Below, piece by piece: positions 28,871 through 39,000 of a DNA stretch of 45,453 nucleotides; positions within the stretch are counted from its first letter, which is position 1, and every line of letters starts with the position of its first letter. Source of the stretch: an uncultured Eubacteriales bacterium (GTDB lineage: Bacteria; Bacillota_I; Bacilli_A; RF39; UBA660); the NCBI GenBank assembly GCA_900320505.1, contig ONSL01000003.1:1-45453 (forward strand), written 5' to 3'. Position numbers and translations under genes: made by a program. A model generated the notes under the pieces. The model was not told where the DNA came from and searched no databases. It was given only the letters and a program-made list of their open reading frames with translations.

Positions 28871-30144
28871 TGAATCAAGATTTAACAGTAAATGAACAAA
28901 AGCTTAGTATGGCTATAGAAGATTTTGAAAATGCAAAAAATACTTTGAATACTACAAAAGATATTGATTCATCAAATTTTAAAAAGCCTACAAGTGAAGG
29001 ATTAAAAGATTCAAGCACAAGTACTTGGAAAGATGTCTTTAATAATGGCAATCAATATTTTGCAAAAGCTAATGAACAAATATCAAATGCTATTGCTAAA
29101 ATAAATGCTGCAACTAATAATTTTAATAGTGCTATTGATAAGAAAAGAGTAGTTGATCAAGAAAAAGAGGATGAGAGTAAAGATCTTCAAACTTTAATTG
29201 ATTCTGGCAGATATAGCATTTCTCTTAAAAATACAAAGACTTTTATAGCAGAAGATGGAGTTACATCTATGCTTACTGGAACTATTGTTGCAACTAGCAA
29301 GAAGACTGGTAAACAAATTGATTTTGATTTTGAAAAGGAAATTGGAAAGAAAGAAACTTCTTCAGATGATAATTCAAATAAACCTGCTGATAATAGTGAA
29401 GAAACTCCTCAGAATGATAATCAAAATACACAACCTGCTTCACAACCAGAACAAAAGCCATTGGAACAACAAAATGTACAACCTGTTCAAAATACAAATA
29501 ATAATGGAGGAGAAAAACCATCTTTAACACCGCAAAGTAGAGGAAGACAAACTGGCACTGTTTCATATAGTCCAAGACAAAATTCTAGTAGTGGAAATAA
29601 TGGAGGTAGCGGTGCAAGTAGTGCTTCAGGACAAACAGCTAATGCAACTCCTGCTGCTAGCACAAATTCTACTGATACTACTACTTCAAATAAACCTATT
29701 ACAAGTGAGGATGCTGCAAATGAAACAACTGATTTGTTTGATGATGGAGCAGAGCTTCTTGATGATACACCAACAAAGAGTACTAGTTCATCTGGTGGAT
29801 CAGTAATTGGTGCAGTTGCTGCTGCAGCTGGTATTGCTGGAGCTGCTGGAATAGGTGTTAAACTTTATAAAGACAGAAGAGAAAATAGTGATTTAGATTT
29901 AGATGAAGATAGACCTACTAATGATAATAAATTCTGGACTGATGAAGATAGCAATGTAATAAATAGTGAAAAAGAATCTTACGGAAATTCTGATACACTT
30001 GATAATGGAGAATTAAAGCCATTAGAAAACCCAAAATATAAAGCATCAGATAATGGATATGAAACACCTAAGGACGAAGACAAAGATTTATCAAATGATA
30101 CATGGGAAATGCCTGATAAGAATGTAAATTTATTTGGAAATTAG
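28870..30144 (+). CDS. cassette protein Y1 (helical N-terminus, low-complexity linker, Gly/Ala-rich hydrophobic segment); putative T7SS substrate
   Basis: TAATG coupling to X1; homologous to 31608..33008; VIGAVAAAAGIAGAAGIGV segment. Confidence 0.7.
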   Translation: MNQDLTVNEQKLSMAIEDFENAKNTLNTTKDIDSSNFKKPTSEGLKDSSTSTWKDVFNNGNQYFAKANEQISNAIAKINAATNNFNSAIDKKRVVDQEKEDESKDLQTLIDSGRYSISLKNTKTFIAEDGVTSMLTGTIVATSKKTGKQIDFDFEKEIGKKETSSDDNSNKPADNSEETPQNDNQNTQPASQPEQKPLEQQNVQPVQNTNNNGGEKPSLTPQSRGRQTGTVSYSPRQNSSSGNNGGSGASSASGQTANATPAASTNSTDTTTSNKPITSEDAANETTDLFDDGAELLDDTPTKSTSSSGGSVIGAVAAAAGIAGAAGIGVKLYKDRRENSDLDLDEDRPTNDNKFWTDEDSNVINSEKESYGNSDTLDNGELKPLENPKYKASDNGYETPKDEDKDLSNDTWEMPDKNVNLFGN

Positions 30145-30160
30145 TTAGGAGCTTGATATT

Positions 30161-30517
30161 ATGAATAATGAATTTTTACCAATAGGATCAATAGTTCTCC
30201 TAAATGGTGGTACAAAGAAATTAATGATTACTGGATTTTGCTCAATACCAAGAAATAATAGACATAAGCTTTATGATTATATTGGTTGCTATTATCCAGA
30301 AGGTGTTATTGATTCTAATGAAGTATGTATGTTTAACAATGATCAAATTGCAAGTATAATATTCAAAGGTTATGAGTCTGACGAAGAAGCTGAACTTCGT
30401 AAAAAAATACATGATAAATTAAGCACAATAACACTTGACAGCGATCATAATATAATAGATAAAGTGATTGATATACAAGAAGAACCAGAGTTTTCAGTAG
30501 ACTCAGGGTTAATATAG
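30161..30517 (+). CDS. DUF4176 family protein
   Basis: LPIGSIVLL, LMITG, YDY.GC.YPEG, FN..QI..I.F.GY...EE. Confidence 0.93.
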   Translation: MNNEFLPIGSIVLLNGGTKKLMITGFCSIPRNNRHKLYDYIGCYYPEGVIDSNEVCMFNNDQIASIIFKGYESDEEAELRKKIHDKLSTITLDSDHNIIDKVIDIQEEPEFSVDSGLI

Positions 30518-30534
30518 AAAGAGGGTAGAAGAGT

Positions 30535-31593
30535 ATGGCAAAGTCAAAAGGTTATACAGGAATAAAATATGAAAATCATGGTGTAGGATTTCAAAATTAT
30601 TATTATAAAAATGGCAAGCTTGTTTCTGAAAACACATATTATGCCACTGGTGATCATAATGTCGCTTCACACGAAAGATTTAAGGGTGAAGAATTAATAA
30701 GGAAACAGATAAAAAATAAGACTTTTACTGGAAACTTTAAAGGTAAGTATTATCATAATGGAAAAAAATATGATAGTTATAATGCATATCTTAAATCTAT
30801 TAAAAAAGTAAAAAGATCTGGCAGTGGTAATGGCTCTGGCTCTGGTGGTGGAAGATCCGGAGGAGGCAGAACTGTTTCTAGTTCTGGATCAAGATCTGGC
30901 TCTGGTAGTAAAGGTGGTGGAAGTTCAAGTACACCTAAGAAGAAAATTTCAAATCCATATCAAATTCCGTATGAAAAAACTAATGCTCATGGAATATTAA
31001 ATTATGTTAAAACGGAATATTATAAGATATTTGATGCTACTGGTCATATAGATAACACTGAAGAATTTGGTAAATTAGATGATGCTATAAATAATTTAAG
31101 AACTAGTATTAAAGATTTAAATAGTCTTGCAGATGAGAATGTTACAGCAATTACATTAGATGCATTAAAGGTTGTTCCAGAATATGTTAAAGATATCTTA
31201 GATAAATTAAGTCCAAGTGGAAGCACTGATGTTTCTGATGTTGAGAAAGATTTGGTAAGTGCTGCTGCTAAGATTACATCATCTTATTATAAAAAGGAAT
31301 GCGAAGATATTGATTATTTTGTTAAAGAAGCTGCATCTGCTAAAGAGCTTTGTGACACTAAGATAACAAGTAATAATAAGGCTAAAGTAAAGGAAATTAA
31401 AGGTGCAATTGATAAAATAATAAGTAAAGCCAATAAAAGAAGAAGTTATGCTAGCAGTCTTTATTCTACTTGTTATTCTGCAACTACATATGATGTCATA
31501 CAAGGTATATATAGTGGCTCTAATGCAACAGCAGCTGATCATGAAAGATATGTAACAACATCTGTTACAGAAGTAAGTAATTTAAGGGTATAA
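30535..31593 (+). CDS. cassette protein X2 (extra basic Tyr-rich N-domain, Gly/Ser linker, X domain)
   Basis: KKISNP, AHG, L.PSG, SY..KE..DI and LCDTK.T.NN shared with X1. Confidence 0.75.
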   Translation: MAKSKGYTGIKYENHGVGFQNYYYKNGKLVSENTYYATGDHNVASHERFKGEELIRKQIKNKTFTGNFKGKYYHNGKKYDSYNAYLKSIKKVKRSGSGNGSGSGGGRSGGGRTVSSSGSRSGSGSKGGGSSSTPKKKISNPYQIPYEKTNAHGILNYVKTEYYKIFDATGHIDNTEEFGKLDDAINNLRTSIKDLNSLADENVTAITLDALKVVPEYVKDILDKLSPSGSTDVSDVEKDLVSAAAKITSSYYKKECEDIDYFVKEAASAKELCDTKITSNNKAKVKEIKGAIDKIISKANKRRSYASSLYSTCYSATTYDVIQGIYSGSNATAADHERYVTTSVTEVSNLRV

Positions 31594-31607
31594 GGAGGTA
31601 ATGAATT

Positions 31608-33008
31608 ATGGATAATGGATATTCAATTAAGTATCAAACAGTTGATCAAGTAGTCGATGAATTAACAAAAATATATAATTCATTAAACTCTCTTAATCTT
31701 TCAAGTTTTTCTAGTTATGGATGCTTTAAATTAGCTACTAATAATGGTAATAATTTCCAGGGAATTAAAGAGTCTGGAAATAAGTATAAATCTGTATTTG
31801 ATTCAAAAGATAAATATTTTAGATCAGCTGATAATAAAATACAGTCCGCATTAACTGAAATAAATAGTAGAAAGAGTAGTCTTACTGGTATATCAACAGA
31901 AACAAATCAAGCTGAAGATGAAAGTGTTGATAACTCGACAGCAGCTGCACAAAAAGGTAATGAGAGTAGTAATCTTTCTAAACCAACAGCTTCATCAGTT
32001 TTATTTGATAGTGATGATTATCAAATTTCACTTTTAACTGGTTCTACGACATCTAGTGCGATTCTTTCAATTCTTGATAAGAAGTCAGGTAAAACATATA
32101 CAGTTGGTGATGGTGATGTAAAAAAAGATGATAGTGATTCGAATGCAGATTCTACTAAACCATCGGATGAAAGCACAACTCCAACAGATACTGAAAAGAC
32201 TTCAGATGATTTAGCAAAAGAAAAAATTGAGGAAATACATAAAGAGGATTCTGATTGGGAGACAACTAAGTCTGAACTTGATAAGAAACTTTCTAATAAC
32301 GAAATAACTCTTGATGATTATAGGAAACAGGAAAGCGAGCATTATACTAGACATAATGCACTTGTTGACGAGCTTCCTACAGATGCTGATGCATCAAAAG
32401 TTGTTACTGTAAATGACAAAATGACTGCTTCAGAAAAACTTCAAGCATATGATGATCAATATAATTTGAAATTAAGTAAATATCATAAAGATTTAAGCAA
32501 GTATAATGAAGAGTGGACTAATGCAACAGATCAGGCAGGAAGAGATGCTGCTATGGCAAAGATTAATGCCGCTTCTAATCAGGCTACTAAGGACGCTCAT
32601 ACTCTTGAAACACAACAGTTTAAAGAACTTCCTAATTTGGCTGCTGAATATGATTCAAAGATTGCTGCAGCAAAAAAGGCTGGTAATACATCTTTAGTTG
32701 ATCAGTTAAAGACTGCTTGGGAACAAAAGAAATATGCTATAGAATATGCATATCACACTGGAACAGGAGATAATACTCCATCTGGAGCTACACTTAAGAA
32801 TGCCGGCATTGGTGCTGCTGCTGCAATACCTCTAGCTGGTATGAGTATTAATTCATTATATAAGAAGAATAAAGAGAAAAAAGAAGAGGCTCAAAGTAAT
32901 AATAGTGTTAATACATCTCATTATGATAGATTTAAGCCTAGTGATATAGAATCATTATATAGTGCTACTTCAAGTAATAAGAATGATGATTACTTTAAAT
33001 TACAATAA
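31608..33008 (+). CDS. cassette protein Y2; putative T7SS substrate
   Basis: K.VF....YF..A...I..A...IN, EDES, DS..Y.ISL, KK.GK and Gly/Ala segment plus LYK shared with Y1. Confidence 0.7.
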   Translation: MDNGYSIKYQTVDQVVDELTKIYNSLNSLNLSSFSSYGCFKLATNNGNNFQGIKESGNKYKSVFDSKDKYFRSADNKIQSALTEINSRKSSLTGISTETNQAEDESVDNSTAAAQKGNESSNLSKPTASSVLFDSDDYQISLLTGSTTSSAILSILDKKSGKTYTVGDGDVKKDDSDSNADSTKPSDESTTPTDTEKTSDDLAKEKIEEIHKEDSDWETTKSELDKKLSNNEITLDDYRKQESEHYTRHNALVDELPTDADASKVVTVNDKMTASEKLQAYDDQYNLKLSKYHKDLSKYNEEWTNATDQAGRDAAMAKINAASNQATKDAHTLETQQFKELPNLAAEYDSKIAAAKKAGNTSLVDQLKTAWEQKKYAIEYAYHTGTGDNTPSGATLKNAGIGAAAAIPLAGMSINSLYKKNKEKKEEAQSNNSVNTSHYDRFKPSDIESLYSATSSNKNDDYFKLQ

Positions 33009-33019
33009 GGAGGGGTAAA

Positions 33020-33367
33020 ATGGGAGATAGACTATTCTTACCAATAGGATCCATAGTGCTTCTAAAGGGTGGTACTAAGAAGGTAATGATTACAGGATTT
33101 TGTTCTATTCCTAATAATAATAAAAATAAGCTCTATGACTATTCTGGATGTATGTATCCAGAAGGATTTATAAATACAAATGAAGTATGTTTGTTTAATA
33201 ATAGTCAGATTGATAAAGTATATTTTATTGGATATACAGATAAAGAAGAAAAAGAGTTTCAGGTAAAATTAAAAGATTTAGTTCAAAGTCTTCATTTAAA
33301 GGCAACTCAGGATTCTGGACCTAATACAGGAGATTCACAGTATTCAGTTGATAGAGGAGCTTTTTAG
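33020..33367 (+). CDS. DUF4176 family protein
   Basis: LPIGSIVLLKGG, MITG, YDYSGCMYPEG; close paralog of 30161..30517. Confidence 0.93.
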   Translation: MGDRLFLPIGSIVLLKGGTKKVMITGFCSIPNNNKNKLYDYSGCMYPEGFINTNEVCLFNNSQIDKVYFIGYTDKEEKEFQVKLKDLVQSLHLKATQDSGPNTGDSQYSVDRGAF

Positions 33368-33368
33368 A

Positions 33369-33398
33369 GAGTGTCATTTAAAGTGGTACTCTTTTTTT
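33369..33398 (+). terminator. terminator closing the WXG100-like operon
   Basis: GAGTGTCAT/GTGGTACTC stem (with G-U pairs) plus T7. Confidence 0.7.
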
Positions 33399-33470
33399 AT
33401 TTGTAATATTGATTAAAGACTATAAATATGCTATTATTTTGATGAAAAACTAGAAAAATGGAGGTCATTT

Positions 33471-35270
33471 ATGGATATAAAACATATTAGAAATTTTTCT
33501 ATAATTGCTCATATTGATCATGGAAAATCAACTCTTGCTGATAGAATTATGGAAGCATGTGGTGAGTTTGATAGTAGAAGTGAGAGTCAAATTCTTGATT
33601 CAATGGATATTGAAAGGGAACGTGGTATTACAATTAAGTTAAATACTGCTACTATGAAGTATAAATATAATGGAGAAGAGTACTTACTTAATCTTATTGA
33701 TACTCCAGGACATGTTGATTTTTCTTATGAGGTTTCTAGAAGTCTTGCTGCATCAGATGGTGCAATTTTACTAGTTGATGGTACTCAAGGAATAGAGGCT
33801 CAAACTCTTGCTAATCTTTTTCTAGCTCTTGATAATAATTTGGAAATAATTCCTGTTATTAATAAAATAGATCTTCCAAGTAGTGATGTAGAGAAGGTAA
33901 CAGAAGAACTTTTAGATTTAGGTCTTTTCGAAAAAAATGATATTTTAAAGGTAAGTGCTAAGACTGGACAAGGTGTTAAAGAACTTATAGATAGAATTGT
34001 TGAAAAAGTACCTTGCCCTAAAGGAGATGATAAGGCTCCTCTTGAGGCATTAATCTTTGATAGTAAATTTGATAGTTATAGAGGTGTTGTTATTTCAGCT
34101 CGTATTTTTAATGGTACTTTAAAAGTTGGCGATACAATAAAGATGCATGAAAGTGATAAAGAATATATTGTAACAGAACTATTAATAACAACTCCAAATG
34201 AAGAAAATGTTAAATCTTTATCAGCAGGTGAAGTTGGTCATATAGTAGCTAGTATAAAGGATATTGAAAGTGTACATGTCGGAGATACTATAACTTCTAA
34301 AGAACATTATACTGATAAGGTTCTTCCTGGTTATAAAAAGATGAAACCTATGGTTTATTCTGGACTTTATCCAATAGATAGTAATAAATTCGAAAGTTTA
34401 AGAGATTTTCTTTCTAAATTAAAGTTAAATGATGCTGCACTTGAATATAGTCCTGAAACTTCTAAAGCATTAGGATATGGTTTTAGATGTGGTTTTTTAG
34501 GACTTTTACATATGGATATAGTGAAGGAACGTATTTCACGTGAAGCAGGAATTGATATTATTACAACAGCACCATCTGTTATATATAAAGTTATTTTAAC
34601 AAGTGGAGAAACACTTGAAATAAGTAGTCCATCTGATATGCCTGATGCTAGTAAAATAAAAGAGATGGAAGAGCCTTTTATACTCACTAATATATTTGTG
34701 CCTAGTGATTTTATAGGACCTATTATGGAACTTTGTCAGAATAGAAGAGGTGAATTTAAAAATATAGAATACATAAGTAAAACAAGGGTAAATATACATT
34801 ATGTTCTTCCTCTTTCTGAAATTGTGTATGACTTTTTTGATAAATTAAAAAGTATAACAAAAGGATATGCATCATTTGATTATGAAGTAATAGGATATCG
34901 CCCTAGTAAACTTGTTAAGCTTGATATTATGTTAAATGGTGAAATTATTGATGCTCTTTCTGTAATCGTTCATAAAGATGAAGCTTATGAAAGAGGAAAA
35001 AGGGTATGTGAAAACTTAAAGGAAAATATACCACGTCAATTATTCGAAATTCCTATTCAAGCAAGTATTGGATCTAAAATAATTGCAAGAGAGACTGTAA
35101 AAGCTTTAAGAAAAGATGTCCTTGCAAAATGCTATGGTGGAGATATTACAAGAAAGAAGAAATTACTTGAAAAACAAAAAGCTGGTAAAAAGAAGATGAA
35201 GCAGATAGGATCAGTTTATCTTCCAGAAGAAGCATTTATGAGTGTTTTAGAGGTTGATAAGAATGAGTAA
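33471..35270 (+). CDS. lepA: translation elongation factor 4
   Basis: [26 protein letters not shown] and AKCYGGDI motifs. Confidence 0.98.
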   Translation: MDIKHIRNFSIIAHIDHGKSTLADRIMEACGEFDSRSESQILDSMDIERERGITIKLNTATMKYKYNGEEYLLNLIDTPGHVDFSYEVSRSLAASDGAILLVDGTQGIEAQTLANLFLALDNNLEIIPVINKIDLPSSDVEKVTEELLDLGLFEKNDILKVSAKTGQGVKELIDRIVEKVPCPKGDDKAPLEALIFDSKFDSYRGVVISARIFNGTLKVGDTIKMHESDKEYIVTELLITTPNEENVKSLSAGEVGHIVASIKDIESVHVGDTITSKEHYTDKVLPGYKKMKPMVYSGLYPIDSNKFESLRDFLSKLKLNDAALEYSPETSKALGYGFRCGFLGLLHMDIVKERISREAGIDIITTAPSVIYKVILTSGETLEISSPSDMPDASKIKEMEEPFILTNIFVPSDFIGPIMELCQNRRGEFKNIEYISKTRVNIHYVLPLSEIVYDFFDKLKSITKGYASFDYEVIGYRPSKLVKLDIMLNGEIIDALSVIVHKDEAYERGKRVCENLKENIPRQLFEIPIQASIGSKIIARETVKALRKDVLAKCYGGDITRKKKLLEKQKAGKKKMKQIGSVYLPEEAFMSVLEVDKNE

Positions 35271-35508
35271 GAATGTAGATGGTAAGATATTACTTGTTGT
35301 AAATAAGTTTTTAGACTATAATTCTACACTTACTGATATGGAATTATCAGAAATGCTTAATATTCCAAAGTCTAGTGTAACAAGATATTTAACTTCTAAA
35401 AGAACTAGAGAGCTTATAGGTGATGATAATTTTGCATATATAAAAGAAGCTAGAAGAGTTAATAGGAGACTAGGTAATAAAAAAGGTGGAGAAAAGAGCA
35501 GAAAGTAG
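35263..35508 (+). CDS. small helix-turn-helix protein
   Basis: [24 protein letters not shown] pattern; overlaps lepA stop. Confidence 0.65.
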   Translation: MSKNVDGKILLVVNKFLDYNSTLTDMELSEMLNIPKSSVTRYLTSKRTRELIGDDNFAYIKEARRVNRRLGNKKGGEKSRK

Positions 35509-35517
35509 GTTAGAAGT

Positions 35518-36606
35518 ATGAAAAGTAATATTAAACATTTATATATTCATATTCCTTTCTGTTCTTCAATATGTGCATATTGTGCTTTTACTAAATTTTA
35601 TTATAGTGAAGATTTAGTTATTAGATATCTTTCTGCTCTTTCAAAAGAAATTAATGAAAAATACAAGGGAGATGAACTTGACACTATATATATAGGAGGA
35701 GGTACTCCATCATCTTTAAGTATTCATGCTCTTTCTATGTTAAAAGATATTACAGATAAGTTAAATAAAAGCAAGACTTGTGAATTTACTTTTGAGGTTA
35801 ATCCTGATGTTTCTTTTGATAAACTTGATATAATTAAATCTATTGGTGTTAATAGGTTAAGTATAGGTATTGAAACAATTAATAATAAATTTTATAAAAG
35901 TATAGAAAGATTTAATGATAAGAGAAAAATTGTTAAGTTAATTAGTTACTGTAAAAAGTTATTTCCAAATATAAGTGTTGATTTAATGTATGGCTTTAGT
36001 AGTGAAACAGTTGATGATTTAGATAAAGATTTAGATTTTGTACTTTCACTTGGTATTAATCATATATCTATTTATGCACTTCAAGTAGAGGAGCATACAA
36101 AGCTTTATATTAATAAGTATAACGAGCTTGATGATGAAAGACTAAATAAGATGTATTACCATATAGATGATAAATTAAGAAGCTACGGTTACAATCATTA
36201 TGAGATAAGTAATTTTGCAAAAGAAGGCTTTGAATCAAGACACAATAATTCGTATTGGGAGAATAAAATGTACTATGGATTTGGTGTTGGTGCGTCTGGA
36301 TATATAGGTGATGTTAGATATAGAAATACAAATAACTTATTAAATTATGAAAATGGAAAATATATCACAGAGTATGAAAAACTTGAAATTTATGATAAAA
36401 TGGTTTATGAAATGATACTTGGATTAAGATTAAAGAAAGGTGTTTCAATTAAAGGTTTTAAGAAAAAGTATCACAAAGATATATTTGATGCTTTTAAGAT
36501 AGATGATCTTATAAAAGAGGGATGTCTTGAAGTTAAAAATGATAGAATTTATATCCCAGTTAAGTACTGGTTTGTAGAAAATAGTATATTAGAAAGGTTT
36601 GTATAA
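35518..36606 (+). CDS. hemW: radical SAM heme chaperone HemW
   Basis: YIHIPFC...C.YC.F, GGGTPS, YEISNF and HN..YW motifs; lepA synteny. Confidence 0.92.
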   Translation: MKSNIKHLYIHIPFCSSICAYCAFTKFYYSEDLVIRYLSALSKEINEKYKGDELDTIYIGGGTPSSLSIHALSMLKDITDKLNKSKTCEFTFEVNPDVSFDKLDIIKSIGVNRLSIGIETINNKFYKSIERFNDKRKIVKLISYCKKLFPNISVDLMYGFSSETVDDLDKDLDFVLSLGINHISIYALQVEEHTKLYINKYNELDDERLNKMYYHIDDKLRSYGYNHYEISNFAKEGFESRHNNSYWENKMYYGFGVGASGYIGDVRYRNTNNLLNYENGKYITEYEKLEIYDKMVYEMILGLRLKKGVSIKGFKKKYHKDIFDAFKIDDLIKEGCLEVKNDRIYIPVKYWFVENSILERFV

Positions 36607-36607
36607 T

Positions 36608-37189
36608 ATGGAAAAATATGAATATTTTAAAAATGAGATAAATTATTTAAAAAATGATGATATAAAAGATGCAATGAAGTATATGATTAATAAGCTCCCT
36701 GATTATTTTTTTCATGTTCCAGCATCATCAACTGGAAAGTATCATCCAAAATATGCTCTTGGAGATGGAGGACTTTTGAGGCATACTAAAGCAGCATGCA
36801 GGATTGCATATGAACTTTTATCAGACCCATCAATTGGTGATCATTATACAGGAAGAGAAAAAGATTTAATGATTATGGCACTTGCTTTGCATGATGGATT
36901 AAAACTTGGTAATCCAGAAGAAAGATATACAAGATTTGATCATCCAATTTTAATGGCAAATTTTGTTATGGAAAATAAGGATAAACTTAATTTAAAAGAA
37001 AATGAACCTGAACTTTTAAGAGACGTAATAAAGACTCATATGGGTCCTTGGACAACTGATTATAATGGTAATGAAGTTCTAGAAAAACCTAAAACAAAGT
37101 ATCAAAATTTTGTACACATGTGTGATTATCTAGCAAGTCGTAAGAGTATTTTATTAGAATTTGATAAAGATAATAATGTAATTTACTAA
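36608..37189 (+). CDS. HD-domain protein (YhaM-HD-like)
   Basis: PASSTGKYHP, GGL.RHT, LHD..K, HMG and H.CDY motifs. Confidence 0.85.
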   Translation: MEKYEYFKNEINYLKNDDIKDAMKYMINKLPDYFFHVPASSTGKYHPKYALGDGGLLRHTKAACRIAYELLSDPSIGDHYTGREKDLMIMALALHDGLKLGNPEERYTRFDHPILMANFVMENKDKLNLKENEPELLRDVIKTHMGPWTTDYNGNEVLEKPKTKYQNFVHMCDYLASRKSILLEFDKDNNVIY

Positions 37190-37203
37190 AGGAGGTTTGT
37201 TTT

Positions 37204-39000
37204 ATGATACAGCTACCACTTGATATTGGTCTTTCTGTAAGAGAACAGATTGATAATTATAGAAGAAAAAATAATATTCCAGAGCCAGATGAGGTTAAAA
37301 AAATATACAATAAACAAACGGAATTTATGGAAGATGAATTAAAATATGTAACTTCTTTAAGAATAGATTCTGAAGTCCTTGATTATATAGATTTATTTCC
37401 AAATTTAAAATCAATTAATTTTGAAGGCGTTAATGAAATTTCAAATGAAGAATTAACGGATATTTTAAATAAATATCCTAATTTAGAGTCATTAAAAGTA
37501 AAAAATGAGAGTTGTATACAAAGAATTGATTTATCTAATCTTAATAATTTAAAAGAACTTGAAATTATTTCTAATCAAAATTTAAGAGTGGTGGATGGGT
37601 TAGATGATAAAAATCTAGAGAAAATTACTTTTTACAATAATGAATTATTTGGAAAAAAAGATACAGAAAATTTTTGCAAAATAATATATGATAATGCTTA
37701 TAATGGCTCAGAATGTAATATAGATGTTCTTTATATGGATGATTTTCTAAAATATTTAAAAGAGAATAATTTAAAACTTGAATTTGTTAAAGACAATATT
37801 TCATGGAGTGAAGAATTAAAGTATGGAGCTTATTCTAATCAGGATAGTATAACATATACAACTGATGAATTAAAAAAGGCATATGATAAAGCAAGAAAAA
37901 TAGTTAAAAAATATATTAGAACTGGAGACTCACAAGAAGAAAGATTTGCTATTCTTTATGAATGGATGTGTGAGAATGTCAAATATGACTATGATGCAAT
38001 AGATAAAGGATATACTAATTCAAAAGATGGCATTGCAAGAGGTAGAAAGAATGGAACAAATGGATCTGTTAATGCACTTCTTTATGGTGAATGTGTATGC
38101 CAGGGATATACAAAGACAATGGAGATGCTTTTAAGAATTTGTGGTGTAAGATCATATGATACTGCTTGTATAATTAATGATAAGAAAATTCCAGAAATTA
38201 GTATTGATGGTAAAAAAGCTGCAGATCACTCTGATCACTCAATACTTAAAGTAAATTTAGGTGGAAGGATATATTATAGTGATGTTACTTGGGATGCTGC
38301 AAGATTTCAAAAAGGAGAGGAAAGAAAGTATTTTCTTCTTTCTAAAGAAGATATTGAAAAGAATCATAAACTTGTTGGTGAGGGCGGAGTATTTAGTGCA
38401 AGAGAAAGTGTAAGTAAAGAAAGAATGAACGAGCTTTTGTCTTTTGCAAAAAAAAGAATAAAAGAATCGGATAAGGAAAATACACCAAGCATTTTTCTTT
38501 CGGATTATGAAAAGAGATATGCTATGATTGTAGAAAAAATTGAAGAGCTTATGATAGTAAATTCTAAAACTCCACTTCCAAATTTTGAAAAAGATTTAAG
38601 AATATTACTTGATGCAAGAGATGAAGTAAAAAAAGATATAGAAAAGTTTATGAATAAAGAAAAAGAAAAACATAAAAAATCTATTAAGGAAGTAGAACAG
38701 TTACTTGGTACAGAAATATCTGATAAAAAATTAGTATATGATGAAGAATTAAAGGCTCCTAGAGTAGTTTTAAAAGATAAACTTGAGCTTGCTAAAGAGG
38801 AAGGACTTAATAAGCAAAGACTACGTGAACTTTATTATGAAGGAAAAATAGAATTAAAAAAATACTCTAATATTGGTTTAGAGCTTACACATGAGTACGA
38901 GAATTTAAAAAAGAAAGCACCTAATCATAATAATAATGATTTAGATGCTATGCTTAATTCTGATGCTTTAGAAAATGATAAGGGTCAGTCTTTAAAATAA
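37204..39000 (+). CDS. LRR plus transglutaminase-like (Cys-His-Asp) protein
   Basis: N-terminal FPNLKSI/YPNLESL/LNNLKEL repeats; NVKYD, VCQGY, DHS and SDVTWD motifs. Confidence 0.8.
   Translation: MIQLPLDIGLSVREQIDNYRRKNNIPEPDEVKKIYNKQTEFMEDELKYVTSLRIDSEVLDYIDLFPNLKSINFEGVNEISNEELTDILNKYPNLESLKVKNESCIQRIDLSNLNNLKELEIISNQNLRVVDGLDDKNLEKITFYNNELFGKKDTENFCKIIYDNAYNGSECNIDVLYMDDFLKYLKENNLKLEFVKDNISWSEELKYGAYSNQDSITYTTDELKKAYDKARKIVKKYIRTGDSQEERFAILYEWMCENVKYDYDAIDKGYTNSKDGIARGRKNGTNGSVNALLYGECVCQGYTKTMEMLLRICGVRSYDTACIINDKKIPEISIDGKKAADHSDHSILKVNLGGRIYYSDVTWDAARFQKGEERKYFLLSKEDIEKNHKLVGEGGVFSARESVSKERMNELLSFAKKRIKESDKENTPSIFLSDYEKRYAMIVEKIEELMIVNSKTPLPNFEKDLRILLDARDEVKKDIEKFMNKEKEKHKKSIKEVEQLLGTEISDKKLVYDEELKAPRVVLKDKLELAKEEGLNKQRLRELYYEGKIELKKYSNIGLELTHEYENLKKKAPNHNNNDLDAMLNSDALENDKGQSLK

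Noticed and set aside
30819-30920. Repeated TCTGGC/GGATC-type short units suggesting a tandem repeat or CRISPR array
   Set aside because: Explained by the Gly/Ser linker codons of X2; no repeat-spacer periodicity and no cas genes.
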